IMG/VR virus record: IMGVR_UViG_3300022200_000019
Location: 148,918-212,917 of that record
Length of the DNA: 64,000 bases
Direction: 5' to 3' (one strand)
The notes under the pieces: model-generated
The model's database searches: none
What the model was told of the DNA's origin: nothing
The model's input: only the letters and a program-made list of their open reading frames with translations
Shown here: positions 37,578 through 47,198 of the stretch, one piece after another
Layout of the letters: the number at the start of each line of letters is the position of its first letter
Position numbering within the stretch: the stretch's first letter is position 1
Translations under genes and position numbers: made by a program

Positions 37578-37987
37578 GAGCAAGAGAATTCACATCTGAA
37601 GCAGATATGACACGTAGAGATTTTCTCAAACGTGCAGCAGCAACACTGGCAGCACCAGCAGTAGCAAAGGCTGGTCCTCCGGTTAGTGACGAAACTACCC
37701 AAGCAGTTGATCTAGCACAAGATCCAAACTGGATGCCACTATACAAAGACGGCGAACCAGTTACTGCTCCTCCATATGCTCAAGAGTTATATGGCAAGGG
37801 TTATCCAAAAGATACAGATTATCGTCCCGTTGATCCAATTGATTCGTTTGAAAAAGACCCAGACGTTCAGAGATTCTATGATCTCAAAGCAAAACGTTGT
37901 TTGGCAAACCGTGGCACACCAGTAAAGGATGCGCAAGGTAACATAGATTGTACGCAAGTACGTGGTAAAGCATCGCAAACATGGTAG
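37574..37987 (+). CDS. Protein with capsid-targeting-like leader followed by a twin-arginine signal
   Basis: MRAREFTSE-ADMTRRDFLKRAAATLAAPAVAKA; start at ATGA overlap. Confidence 0.7.
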   Translation: MRAREFTSEADMTRRDFLKRAAATLAAPAVAKAGPPVSDETTQAVDLAQDPNWMPLYKDGEPVTAPPYAQELYGKGYPKDTDYRPVDPIDSFEKDPDVQRFYDLKAKRCLANRGTPVKDAQGNIDCTQVRGKASQTW

Positions 37988-37990
37988 AGG

Positions 37991-38233
37991 TTGATGGGAA
38001 AGATATTAAAATTTCCAACTGAAAAAACTTTTACTTGTATGCTGCCAGACGACTGGGCAGACCCAGAAAACCCTACGCAATACGAAATCGCTAACACAAT
38101 GCGCACATTACGTCAGATGATGACAGAGTGCGAAAAAGAATATCACAAAACACAATCCCCTGCGTTAACTGTACAAATCAATAAAATTAAATCCTGTATA
38201 CAGTTAATGTACAGTTATTATCGCTCAGACTAA
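37991..38233 (+). CDS. Hypothetical protein
   Basis: GAGG SD; 80 aa. Confidence 0.55.
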   Translation: MMGKILKFPTEKTFTCMLPDDWADPENPTQYEIANTMRTLRQMMTECEKEYHKTQSPALTVQINKIKSCIQLMYSYYRSD

Positions 38234-38273
38234 CCTGTATAAATATTTTTAACATGTAGCACAGGAGTCTACC

Positions 38274-38513
38274 GTGAGCGATGATATCTTTGACGACATT
38301 GAACTCACAGGCATTGAACGCTTTAATAGCCACTTGAACGAGGATATCAAAGACCGTGCCTATCGCTATGTTACACATAGTCCAGAGTACCACAGAGTAC
38401 CTCTTAGCGAACTCAGAAGAATACGCAGCAAAGCAAAAAAACTAAAAAGAAGCTATAAAAAACAACAACGCAAGCAATCTCAAGACATTTCCAAACGCTA
38501 CGGCGGTCGTTGA
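38274..38513 (+). CDS. Basic hypothetical protein
   Basis: AGGAG SD before GTG; K/R-rich tail. Confidence 0.55.
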   Translation: MSDDIFDDIELTGIERFNSHLNEDIKDRAYRYVTHSPEYHRVPLSELRRIRSKAKKLKRSYKKQQRKQSQDISKRYGGR

Positions 38514-38532
38514 TTACTAGCATAAATACTGT

Positions 38533-38853
38533 ATGAAAGATACAGTATTCGTAAAACTCTGTGTGGATTTACACTGTGACTGGCAGGGGTTGCCACCAGA
38601 TTACCGTATCTATGTGGACAATGAATTGTTTGCTGAACGCACTTATCGTTGGGAAAAACCTGTATACCTGACAGAAATTCTTCAGATTAATGCAGTGCCT
38701 GACACAGAATATCTGGTCACACTGGACGATTTTGCACCACAGATTGCAAATTTCAAGATGTCAAACCACAGAGTTGAATATTGTGACTTGCCTGTGGAAT
38801 TTAACAAGTGTAAAGACAAAAAATTTAGGTTTAAAGTTAAAAATGAAAGTTAA
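38533..38853 (+). CDS. Hypothetical beta-rich protein
   Basis: ATAAATA at 38522-38528 just upstream. Confidence 0.6.
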   Translation: MKDTVFVKLCVDLHCDWQGLPPDYRIYVDNELFAERTYRWEKPVYLTEILQINAVPDTEYLVTLDDFAPQIANFKMSNHRVEYCDLPVEFNKCKDKKFRFKVKNES

Positions 38854-38980
38854 TGAGATAATTTCAGAAATGACCAGTGCTGGTGCTGTTGCCGCAGTAG
38901 CGCAACCATTAGGCGGCACAATTAGTCGTAACCAGGGCGTATATACCAAACCAAAAAAGAAAAAGAAGGGTAAAAAATGA
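38843..38980 (+). CDS. 45-aa basic peptide with capsid-targeting-like leader
   Basis: MKVNEIISE-MTSAGAVAAV..KPKKKKKGKK. Confidence 0.6.
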   Translation: MKVNEIISEMTSAGAVAAVAQPLGGTISRNQGVYTKPKKKKKGKK

Positions 38981-40449
38981 ACGATCCACAAATGAATAAT
39001 ATTCTAGCACGACTCAATTCTGTTGGCACTAAACCAGCAAGTGCATCCAATAACCGTAGTTCTAGCGCAGGCGACCCGGCCATGCACGAAATACTAAGTC
39101 GTTTTCATGCTGTGGGTAGTAAAACAACAGTCAACGAAGGACTAGGCGCAGAGCAACGCAAGGTGGGTCAACTAGGTCCAACTGACAAACCCAGCAAACG
39201 CAAAGATCATGCGTTCAAGGGTAAACTAGTTGGTGAAGATGATACATCTCGATTAGCCCAGCTAGAAAAAATGCGCAATCCAGAAGCCGAAGCAAACTTT
39301 GCTAAAACCGGTACTTATGGTCGCGAACAATCAGCAAAGATGCATTCGGGATTTTTTTCAATGCCAGATGAGTTTGAAGATCCACACAAAATGATCAAAG
39401 GCGCGATGAACATGGGCATGACAGCCGCTGATGTTGATGCAGCGTTGCCCAAAGGATACAGCATACCACCAGCGAAAGCACAAAAAACGTCAGGGTTTAG
39501 AACACCGTTTGATCAACCAGCAGGTGCTACAAACACATCAACTGGATTTACACCAGGATCTAATAAACTATTCCAAGACGAATTCAGTGAAGATTATAAC
39601 GTAGATGAATATGATCAAGAGGGCGAAATGGCTAAAGGGCAGCTAGACCGTGCTGCTGACGCTGCGCAAGAATTACACGATATTTTAGATGATTCGGATA
39701 ATTTACCAGAATGGGTACAATCAAAGATTACCAAAGCATTGGATTACTTAGATACCGCCAGAGATTATATTAAGAGCGAATTCAGCGAATCAGTCGAAGG
39801 TGCAGAAGATTCCTTAACCATGGGAATCCCGTTGTTTATTCGTATGCTAGAGTACGCTCGAGAAGAAGCAAAAACTGACGCAGACCTACATCATGTTACC
39901 AAAAAAATGTTAGACATGGGTGGCAATGTTACCATGGACGATTATGAAGAAATTATGTCCAGTGTTAGCGGCGAAGAATCAGAAATGGGTGAAGCTGTTG
40001 GTGATAAGCTCACTGATCTGGAATATGGTAGTTCTACTGCTACTCGAACTCCAACTGTAGGCGGCTATCACCAAAGACGTGATTTAGAAACAGGATCATA
40101 TACTGATTACACAGATCGTGGTCCGATCAGCACACAAACAACTTATGATAAATCAGGACAAATGACTAGCCAACACGCACAGGCACGTGTAGGTGATCAA
40201 TCAATGGCACGCTCTCGCTTTTATCCTAAGCGTAACGAAAGCGATGAATTACGCAAACTTGCTGGTCTTGCTACCGAAGACTATGTTGGCGGCCGAGAAG
40301 CACCAGCAGACTTAGTTAAAACGCTAAGTAAAAGTTATAGAGACTTTGTTAAAGAAGTTGAAGCTACTAGTGCTGCTAAACCAGATCGTGAACTGCGCAG
40401 TAAAACAGAAAAGCCACGTAAATTTGGCAATATCTTAGGTGAAGAATAA
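38977..40449 (+). CDS. Multi-module putative internal head protein
   Basis: Modules separated by VNE/VGE/FSE/VDE/ATE; EGEMAKGQL..LPEWVQSKIT; IPLFIRMLEYARE; LRKLAGL. Confidence 0.65.
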   Translation: MNDPQMNNILARLNSVGTKPASASNNRSSSAGDPAMHEILSRFHAVGSKTTVNEGLGAEQRKVGQLGPTDKPSKRKDHAFKGKLVGEDDTSRLAQLEKMRNPEAEANFAKTGTYGREQSAKMHSGFFSMPDEFEDPHKMIKGAMNMGMTAADVDAALPKGYSIPPAKAQKTSGFRTPFDQPAGATNTSTGFTPGSNKLFQDEFSEDYNVDEYDQEGEMAKGQLDRAADAAQELHDILDDSDNLPEWVQSKITKALDYLDTARDYIKSEFSESVEGAEDSLTMGIPLFIRMLEYAREEAKTDADLHHVTKKMLDMGGNVTMDDYEEIMSSVSGEESEMGEAVGDKLTDLEYGSSTATRTPTVGGYHQRRDLETGSYTDYTDRGPISTQTTYDKSGQMTSQHAQARVGDQSMARSRFYPKRNESDELRKLAGLATEDYVGGREAPADLVKTLSKSYRDFVKEVEATSAAKPDRELRSKTEKPRKFGNILGEE

Positions 40450-41057
40450 TGAACTTTTACGAATTATTTGAAGCAAGCAAAGAAAAAGAAGAAAAATCAG
40501 AAAAAGCCGGTGAATATCAGGATGTGGCCATTGCTGATCCCAAGGCAGCAATTGCCCTAAAACAGGCACGTGCAAAATACACCTATGCACAGAGCGATTT
40601 AGAAGCATTTGTTAAAATGATGCAGGATCAAGAAGAAAAAGATCAGCAAGAGATTGACAACCTGGAAGCAGACACTGAACGTCAGGAAGAAGAAATCCAG
40701 CAGGCTGAAAAAGAAATACGAGAATTAGAAAAACGTGAAGCACAGGATACTGCCAAAAATAATGCAAAAATCAACAAACTCAACAAAGAAATTGATTTGC
40801 AAAACAGGCTGATTCAGACGCTCAACACCAAAGAACAGGGATACGAAAAAGCATTGGCCCAATATGCTGACAGAATTGAAAAGATCAATGCAGATCTAAC
40901 AGACCTGGAAGATCGCATGGGTGGTATCAAAGGGTTCCGTGCTCGTCCAAAATCCAAGGCACCACCATTACCAAAACCATCAGACTTTGCAGTGGGTCAG
41001 GCTGCTTTCCAACGTACACAAAGAGATGGAGGAATTCCAGATTTAGATACAGAATAA
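40449..41057 (+). CDS. Coiled-coil protein with MNFYELFE leader
   Basis: Long E/Q/K heptad-like region. Confidence 0.65.
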   Translation: MNFYELFEASKEKEEKSEKAGEYQDVAIADPKAAIALKQARAKYTYAQSDLEAFVKMMQDQEEKDQQEIDNLEADTERQEEEIQQAEKEIRELEKREAQDTAKNNAKINKLNKEIDLQNRLIQTLNTKEQGYEKALAQYADRIEKINADLTDLEDRMGGIKGFRARPKSKAPPLPKPSDFAVGQAAFQRTQRDGGIPDLDTE

Positions 41058-41077
41058 TCGCAACATATCTGTTTATC

Positions 41078-41103
41078 AAAAGAGTGGTCTACCACTCTTT
41101 TTT
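41078..41103 (+). terminator. Rho-independent terminator (probably bidirectional)
   Basis: AAAAGAGTGG-TCTA-CCACTCTTTTTT. Confidence 0.8.
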
Positions 41104-41104
41104 A

Positions 41105-41133
41105 TTGACTTGAAACTGATTGTAATATATAAT
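41105..41133 (+). promoter_or_regulatory. sigma70 promoter
   Basis: TTGACT-N17-TATAAT. Confidence 0.8.
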
Positions 41134-41157
41134 ATTACATTCATACAGGAGATAAAC

Positions 41158-41418
41158 ATGAATGATGTAGTTTTTAATGCTGAACAGAAAGCAAAATTGA
41201 ATAATCTTTTTAACGAAGGTATTGCTGTGATGACTGAAATTGAAACATTGCAAGGTGGTTTGTCAGATACCATCAAGGCCATTGCAGAAGAAATGCAGAT
41301 CAAGCCCAGCGTGCTCAAGAAGGCTGTGCGCACTGCTTACAAGAGCAAGTTCACAGACGAAAAACACGACTACGAATTACTTGAAACCATTCTGGAAACT
41401 GTTGGTAAGACCTGGTAA
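41158..41418 (+). CDS. Phage dsDNA-binding protein (T4 DsbA/GapR-like)
   Basis: AGGAG SD; EIETL..GLSDTIKAIAEE..IKPSVLKKAVR..ELLETILETVG. Confidence 0.6.
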   Translation: MNDVVFNAEQKAKLNNLFNEGIAVMTEIETLQGGLSDTIKAIAEEMQIKPSVLKKAVRTAYKSKFTDEKHDYELLETILETVGKTW

Positions 41419-41419
41419 T

Positions 41420-42580
41420 ATGTATTCGGTCTATCAACACTGGGATCCATTAAAGTATTGTATAGTAGGTAGAACCTATCCGCCTGAGTTTTACTCATGG
41501 ATACAAAATTCACAAACACGCAGCACTTTTGAAAAACTTGCTCAAGAAACTGAGGAAGATTATCAAAATTTAATCAAGTTACTTGAAAATAAATTTGGAG
41601 TGAAAACAGTACGTCCTGAATTTCCGTCAGATCTAGAAGAGCTGTACGTTGATGGCAAATGGGTACAACCCCCGACAGCACCGCGTGATTATTTTATTAT
41701 GATTGGTGATAAATTCTGGGTGCCCAAGGTTCCAAATGGTAGTCATGCCTGGTCAGTATTTTATAGACAGAATAAACAGTCTTACTGGCCAGATTATGTG
41801 CGCCCAAAAGATTTTTACGATGCATGGCCACAATTTGCAGACGAAGTTCGTAAAAAGTTTGAACTGTTCCAGCAGTTTGATCAGAGCCACTTGGATGCTA
41901 AACTTAAATTTTACACCCATATCTTTGATGATTTACGGGCAAACAATAACAGCATTGAATATACTGATTTAGATTTTATCAATGGATGTTTTGTAAGCCG
42001 TATTGGCGAAGATCTAATGTTTGCCACACAAACATTCCACGATGATAAAGCAGCACTGCTAACGCAAGTAAACGAACATTTTCCAGACACTACTAATAAG
42101 ATTGTTAATGCAGGCGGTCACGGCGATGCTGTGTACTGTCCAGTAACACCTGGTTTAATAATTAGTCTACATGATATTCCAACATATAAGGATACTTTTC
42201 CTGATTGGGAAGTTTTGTACTTACCTGACTCAAACTACGCTCATATGCGAGAGTTTGAATTTTCTATGAAGCGCAATAAAGGACGTTGGTTCTTTCCAGG
42301 ATTTGAAAAAGATCCCAATATGATTGATATGGTAAATCATTACTTTGACGAATGGGTTGGCGAAGTACACGAAACCGTATTCGATGTTAATATGTTAACC
42401 GTTGATGATAAAAACGTCATTGTATCAGCACACAACGATCAAGTCGAAGAAGCCTGTGCAAGACACGGTGTTGAAGTTCATATATCGCCATTTAGACACA
42501 AGTATTTTTGGGACGCTGGTATTCATTGTATTACTAATGACCTGCACCGCGAGAACACAGGGCCAAAGAGATTTCTTTAA
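41420..42580 (+). CDS. Amidinotransferase (pentein fold; Gly/inosamine amidinotransferase-like)
   Basis: Start 41420; WDPLKYCIVGR, PRD, GHGD, C-terminal AGIHCITNDL. Confidence 0.75.
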   Translation: MYSVYQHWDPLKYCIVGRTYPPEFYSWIQNSQTRSTFEKLAQETEEDYQNLIKLLENKFGVKTVRPEFPSDLEELYVDGKWVQPPTAPRDYFIMIGDKFWVPKVPNGSHAWSVFYRQNKQSYWPDYVRPKDFYDAWPQFADEVRKKFELFQQFDQSHLDAKLKFYTHIFDDLRANNNSIEYTDLDFINGCFVSRIGEDLMFATQTFHDDKAALLTQVNEHFPDTTNKIVNAGGHGDAVYCPVTPGLIISLHDIPTYKDTFPDWEVLYLPDSNYAHMREFEFSMKRNKGRWFFPGFEKDPNMIDMVNHYFDEWVGEVHETVFDVNMLTVDDKNVIVSAHNDQVEEACARHGVEVHISPFRHKYFWDAGIHCITNDLHRENTGPKRFL

Positions 42581-43557
42581 TGAAGAATGATGTTTATACA
42601 GATCAGATAATGAATGACCATTTGTCCAGATCTTGGGCGAATGGGTTTAATGCTAAAATAAAAGAAATACTTGCCGGATGGGAAATAGTACAGCCAGAAA
42701 ATGTCAATCATTATTTAATGGCAGTAAAAGATGGTATGACAGTATTTTTGAATATGTTTCATATTCCTGTCAACCCACACAAATACGATATACTAATTTC
42801 GGAAGTGGTAACATCACATCCTAACCAACTGAAACTTTGGCCTGAATTCTACGGTATATATTACCAGGATTTTAGGTACATTAATCGCATCCCTACTAAA
42901 AAACTCAATTGTTTTATACATAGAAGTTGTCCTTTTAGACAAAGTTGGTTTTACCAACTAGTACGCGAAGACATATTAGATAACACATACAGTTCTTTTT
43001 GGTCTCAAAATGTTACCTACGACAACCTAAGCCCAAATGAATTATTTGATCATTACTTTGAACAGAATAAAATATTTGAAGCAGAGCACAACACTATTAG
43101 ATCGCAAATACCGTTTAAAAATTTTGATTGCACACTAGAAGAGGCAATAATAGACAGCGAAAAAAGCCTTGTGATCGAAACCTATTTTGAAGATCCGGAC
43201 ATGGTTTGCTTTACAGAAAAAACAATGCGAGTACTGCAACTACCTAGACCTTGGCTATTGTTTGGTAACCCGGGGTCTGTTGCAAAGTTACGCGAATGGG
43301 GATTTGATGTGTTTGATGACTGGATTGATCACTCTTACGATACAGAATTAGATCCAGTGCGCAGACAACGGTTGATTTTAGATCAAATACATAATACAAT
43401 ACCATACACACAATCACTGCTTAACGATTTTGATCAACGTGCCAAAAATAACCGTAATATATTCAAACAATATCAAGAAAAATTTATAAACAAAAAAGAA
43501 AACACAATTTTGGAGAATTTAAAAGATGAGCTTTGTAGACGCACTACACGATCGTGA
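42580..43557 (+). CDS. Putative glycosyltransferase (GT10-like C-terminus)
   Basis: SLVIETY..FTEKTMR..PWLLFG..LREWGFDVF..IDHSYD. Confidence 0.4.
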   Translation: MKNDVYTDQIMNDHLSRSWANGFNAKIKEILAGWEIVQPENVNHYLMAVKDGMTVFLNMFHIPVNPHKYDILISEVVTSHPNQLKLWPEFYGIYYQDFRYINRIPTKKLNCFIHRSCPFRQSWFYQLVREDILDNTYSSFWSQNVTYDNLSPNELFDHYFEQNKIFEAEHNTIRSQIPFKNFDCTLEEAIIDSEKSLVIETYFEDPDMVCFTEKTMRVLQLPRPWLLFGNPGSVAKLREWGFDVFDDWIDHSYDTELDPVRRQRLILDQIHNTIPYTQSLLNDFDQRAKNNRNIFKQYQEKFINKKENTILENLKDELCRRTTRS

Positions 43558-46204
43558 TCATGACCGCATTCTGGTCGTGGAGCGTGTCAACGGCGAGCGT
43601 GTCTACAATGAGTTTCCTGCTGAGTATGTGTTTTATTATCCAGACCGTCGAGGCAAGTTCACTACAATCTTCGGAAATTCAGTCAGTCGTTTTTCCACAC
43701 GCAATTACAAAGAGTTTCAGAAAGAACTCAAGATGCACTCAGGGCAAGAACTGTTTGAAAGCGATTTCAAACCTGTGTTTCGTTGTTTAGAAAACAACTA
43801 CAAAGGTAAAGATTCGCCCAAACTGCAAACAGCATTTTTCGACATCGAGGTGGATTTTCATCAGGAACGAGGATTTAGTCCACCAGAAGATCCATTCAAC
43901 GCCATTACTGCCATCACGGTATACCTGGACTGGCTTGAGCAGTGTATTACTCTTGCCGTGCCTCCCAAGACCATGTCCATGGATCAAGCCAGACACCAGG
44001 TGCAGGAGTTTGATAACACATTCTTGTTTGAAAAAGAACATGAAATGTTATTGGCATTTTTGGATGTTATTCAGGATGCTGACATACTGAGCGGCTGGAA
44101 CTCAGAAGGTTTCGATATTCCATATACCATTAATCGCATCACACGAATTTTAAGCAAGGACGACACCCGTCGATTTTGTTTATGGGGACAATTGCCCAAA
44201 AAGCGTACATTTGAAAGATACGGCGCAGCGCATGAAACATACGATACTGTTGGCAGAATCCACATGGACTATCTGCAACTGTATCGCAAATATACCTATC
44301 ATGAAATGCATTCGTATTCGTTGGATGCCATTGCTGAATATGAACTGGGTGAGCGCAAGGTACAATACGAAGGCACGCTGGACCAGTTATACAATCAAGA
44401 TTTTCGCAAGTTCATTGATTATAACAGACAGGATACCATGATACTGGGCAGACTTGATGAAAAACTCAAGTTTCTGGATTTAGCCAACGAACTGGCACAT
44501 GCCAACACCGTGTTGCTACAAACAACAATGGGTGCCGTTGCTGTAACAGAACAAGCAATTATTAATGAAGCACATGAACGTGGGCTGATTGTTCCTGATC
44601 GCAAAAAGCACGAACGAGACGATACTCAGGCAGCAGGGGCATATGTGGCTGTGCCTAAAACAGGCATTCATCAATGGGTAGGATCGGTAGACATTAATTC
44701 ACTGTATCCCAGCGTAATTCGTGCGCTGAACATGGCGCCCGAAACCATTGTTGGCCAGCTTCGTCCAATCATGACTGATCAGTTTATCAAAGAACGCATG
44801 GCCAAAAAAATGTCGTTTGCGGCCAGTTGGGAAGGATTGTTTGGTACCATTGAATACACGGCTGTCATGGATCAGCGTGCAGACACAGAAATCACTGTAG
44901 ATTGGGTCAACGGCGAAAGCACTGTACATTCAGCACATGAAATCTGGCACCATGTGTTTAATTCTAACAGTAACTTGTGCTTGAGCGCAAACGGCACAAT
45001 CTTTACATATGAGCGCGAAGGTGTTGTGCCAGGATTACTAAAGCGTTGGTATGCAGAACGTAAAGAGCTTCAGGCAAAGAAGAAAGAAGCAACAACCAAA
45101 GAAGATATTGCTTTCTGGGATAAACGACAACTTGTTAAGAAGATTAACTTGAACTCGTTGTACGGTGCAATTCTTAACCCAGGCTGTAGATTCTTTGATA
45201 AACGCATTGGACAATCAACTACACTGACCGGCCGTGCTATTGCACAACACATGGATGCTTTTATTAATCAAGTACTTACAGGTGAGTATGACCACGTAGG
45301 CGAATGTGTTGTGTATGGCGACACAGACTCGTGTTACTTCAGTGCCTGGCCTGTGATGAAAGGCAGAGTAGAACGTGGAGAAATGGAATGGAACAAGGAC
45401 ATTGCTGTGCAATTATACGATGCAATTGGTGACGAAGTTAATAACAGTTTCCCACCATTTGCATACAGAGCATTTCATTGCCCAGAAGAATACGGAAACA
45501 TTCTTGCATGCGGCCGAGAAGTAGTTGCTGAATCAGGATTGTTTATTACTAAGAAACGCTATGCATTGTTGGTCATTGACAATGAGGGACAACGCCTGGA
45601 CATAGACGGCAAGCCCGGAAAAGTCAAGGCCATGGGCCTGGATCTGAAACGTTCAGATACACCCAAGATTGTACAGGACTTTTTGAGTGATATTTTGCAG
45701 CGTGTACTCAAAGGCGCAAGTCGTGATGACGTGGTCAAACACATACGAGAGTTCAAGATTGATTTTCACGCCAAGCCAGCCTGGGAGAAAGGAACTCCCA
45801 AGCGTGTAAATAATTTGACCAAATATGGTGAACTGGAACGACAAAATCAATCATTCCATAGCCAGAAAGCCAAGGTGACTATCCCTGGGCATGTCAGGGC
45901 TGCACTGAACTGGAATTATTTGCGAAAGATGCACAACGATAATTACAGTATGGCGGTTGTGGATGGTATGAAGACTGTGGTGTGTAAGCTCAAGAGCAAC
46001 CCCCTGGGACTTAACAGCATCGGCTATCCCACTGATGAATCCAGACTTCCTGAATGGTTTAAAGAACTTCCGTTTGATGACGCACTTATGGAGAGCACCA
46101 TCATTGACCAGAAGGTTGACAATCTGTTGGGTGTTCTGGAGTGGGATCTGTTGTCCAGTACCGATACCAGTAACACATTTGAAGATCTGTTTGAGTTTGT
46201 ATGA
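43526..46204 (+). CDS. Family B DNA polymerase
   Basis: Exonuclease FDIE, WNSEGFDIPY, YNRQD; polymerase DINSLYPS, KINLNSLYG, YGDTDS, KKRYA. Confidence 0.97.
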   Translation: MSFVDALHDRDHDRILVVERVNGERVYNEFPAEYVFYYPDRRGKFTTIFGNSVSRFSTRNYKEFQKELKMHSGQELFESDFKPVFRCLENNYKGKDSPKLQTAFFDIEVDFHQERGFSPPEDPFNAITAITVYLDWLEQCITLAVPPKTMSMDQARHQVQEFDNTFLFEKEHEMLLAFLDVIQDADILSGWNSEGFDIPYTINRITRILSKDDTRRFCLWGQLPKKRTFERYGAAHETYDTVGRIHMDYLQLYRKYTYHEMHSYSLDAIAEYELGERKVQYEGTLDQLYNQDFRKFIDYNRQDTMILGRLDEKLKFLDLANELAHANTVLLQTTMGAVAVTEQAIINEAHERGLIVPDRKKHERDDTQAAGAYVAVPKTGIHQWVGSVDINSLYPSVIRALNMAPETIVGQLRPIMTDQFIKERMAKKMSFAASWEGLFGTIEYTAVMDQRADTEITVDWVNGESTVHSAHEIWHHVFNSNSNLCLSANGTIFTYEREGVVPGLLKRWYAERKELQAKKKEATTKEDIAFWDKRQLVKKINLNSLYGAILNPGCRFFDKRIGQSTTLTGRAIAQHMDAFINQVLTGEYDHVGECVVYGDTDSCYFSAWPVMKGRVERGEMEWNKDIAVQLYDAIGDEVNNSFPPFAYRAFHCPEEYGNILACGREVVAESGLFITKKRYALLVIDNEGQRLDIDGKPGKVKAMGLDLKRSDTPKIVQDFLSDILQRVLKGASRDDVVKHIREFKIDFHAKPAWEKGTPKRVNNLTKYGELERQNQSFHSQKAKVTIPGHVRAALNWNYLRKMHNDNYSMAVVDGMKTVVCKLKSNPLGLNSIGYPTDESRLPEWFKELPFDDALMESTIIDQKVDNLLGVLEWDLLSSTDTSNTFEDLFEFV

Positions 46205-47139
46205 ATCTAAGTAAAATTATATCATATAACCGAGGCTTTGACGACGATAACATTGAACCTTTGGATCAGCACATAAAATCTGAACTGAGCAGTTTACAAG
46301 GCAAACTGGAAACCTTGCAAATACAGGATTATTCAGAAATTCTGACAATCAAAGATTCAATTTTATCAGACATGAAAAAACTCAGACATGCACTGGATGA
46401 TTACAAAAACTCATTGCACAATATCATTACACAGCAAGAGCAGGAATATTTTGTTAAGAGTTATAAGATCTATGAAGGCATGTCAAATGACACACCAGAA
46501 TATATCCTGGATCGAACCAATCCCAAAACCATTGATAATTCTGTAGATTTTGCTGATCGTATCAAACTTTACAGCAGTTGGAAAAATGCTGGATTATACA
46601 TACGTCCTGGAAAAAATCTGTACATCAACGAAATGATTGATGCAGATCCGCTTTATGTGGTTGATGAGCATCTGGAATTGTTGGGCCCAGTAAAAAAATT
46701 ATGGACACCAGCATATCAGGCTCGGTTAAGATATAGCATAATCAACGAACAATCAGATCAGATATTTAAGAATCTACCCAAACAACAAATTGGGCTAATT
46801 GTGGCTAGTGACTTTTTTGATTTTAAACCATTCGAGATCATCAAGAAATATCTCAAAGAATTCTGGAATCTGTTAAAACCAGGCGGAGTGGTAATTTTTA
46901 CATACAACAACTGTGATCAGCCAGGAGCAGTCCGCAATGTTGAAAACTTCTTTAACTGTTACACTCCTGGTCGCCTGATCAAAGATTTTGTGGTGGGTCT
47001 GGATTTTGAATTGTTGAATAGCACAGAATCTGCCAGCGGAATCAATTGGTTAGAGATCAAAAAACCCGGTGATTTATCAAGCATGCGTGGTGGTCAAACA
47101 CTGGCGAAAATAATTAAATCCGAACAAGATAAAATCTAA
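46201..47139 (+). CDS. SAM methyltransferase-like protein with N-terminal coiled coil
   Basis: LKPGGVVIFTYN; no canonical GxG motif I seen. Confidence 0.5.
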   Translation: MNLSKIISYNRGFDDDNIEPLDQHIKSELSSLQGKLETLQIQDYSEILTIKDSILSDMKKLRHALDDYKNSLHNIITQQEQEYFVKSYKIYEGMSNDTPEYILDRTNPKTIDNSVDFADRIKLYSSWKNAGLYIRPGKNLYINEMIDADPLYVVDEHLELLGPVKKLWTPAYQARLRYSIINEQSDQIFKNLPKQQIGLIVASDFFDFKPFEIIKKYLKEFWNLLKPGGVVIFTYNNCDQPGAVRNVENFFNCYTPGRLIKDFVVGLDFELLNSTESASGINWLEIKKPGDLSSMRGGQTLAKIIKSEQDKI

Positions 47140-47145
47140 ATATAC

Positions 47146-47174
47146 TTGCAAAAACACACGTATTGTATTATAAT
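47146..47174 (+). promoter_or_regulatory. sigma70-type promoter
   Basis: TTGCAA-N17-TATAAT. Confidence 0.7.
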
Positions 47175-47198
47175 AGTAACACACATAAAAGGAAAAAC

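Noticed and set aside
41110-41420. ORF-track starts at 41110, 41240, 47163, 53225, 35535, 37475, 38690, 31287, 24421
   Set aside because: Downstream ATGs fit SD sequences, promoters, stop/start overlaps or the shared leader better; coordinates were revised in the feature list.
43526-46204. Intein, intron or split in DNA polymerase
   Set aside because: Single 892-aa ORF with normal motif spacing; no intein or homing-endonuclease motifs seen.
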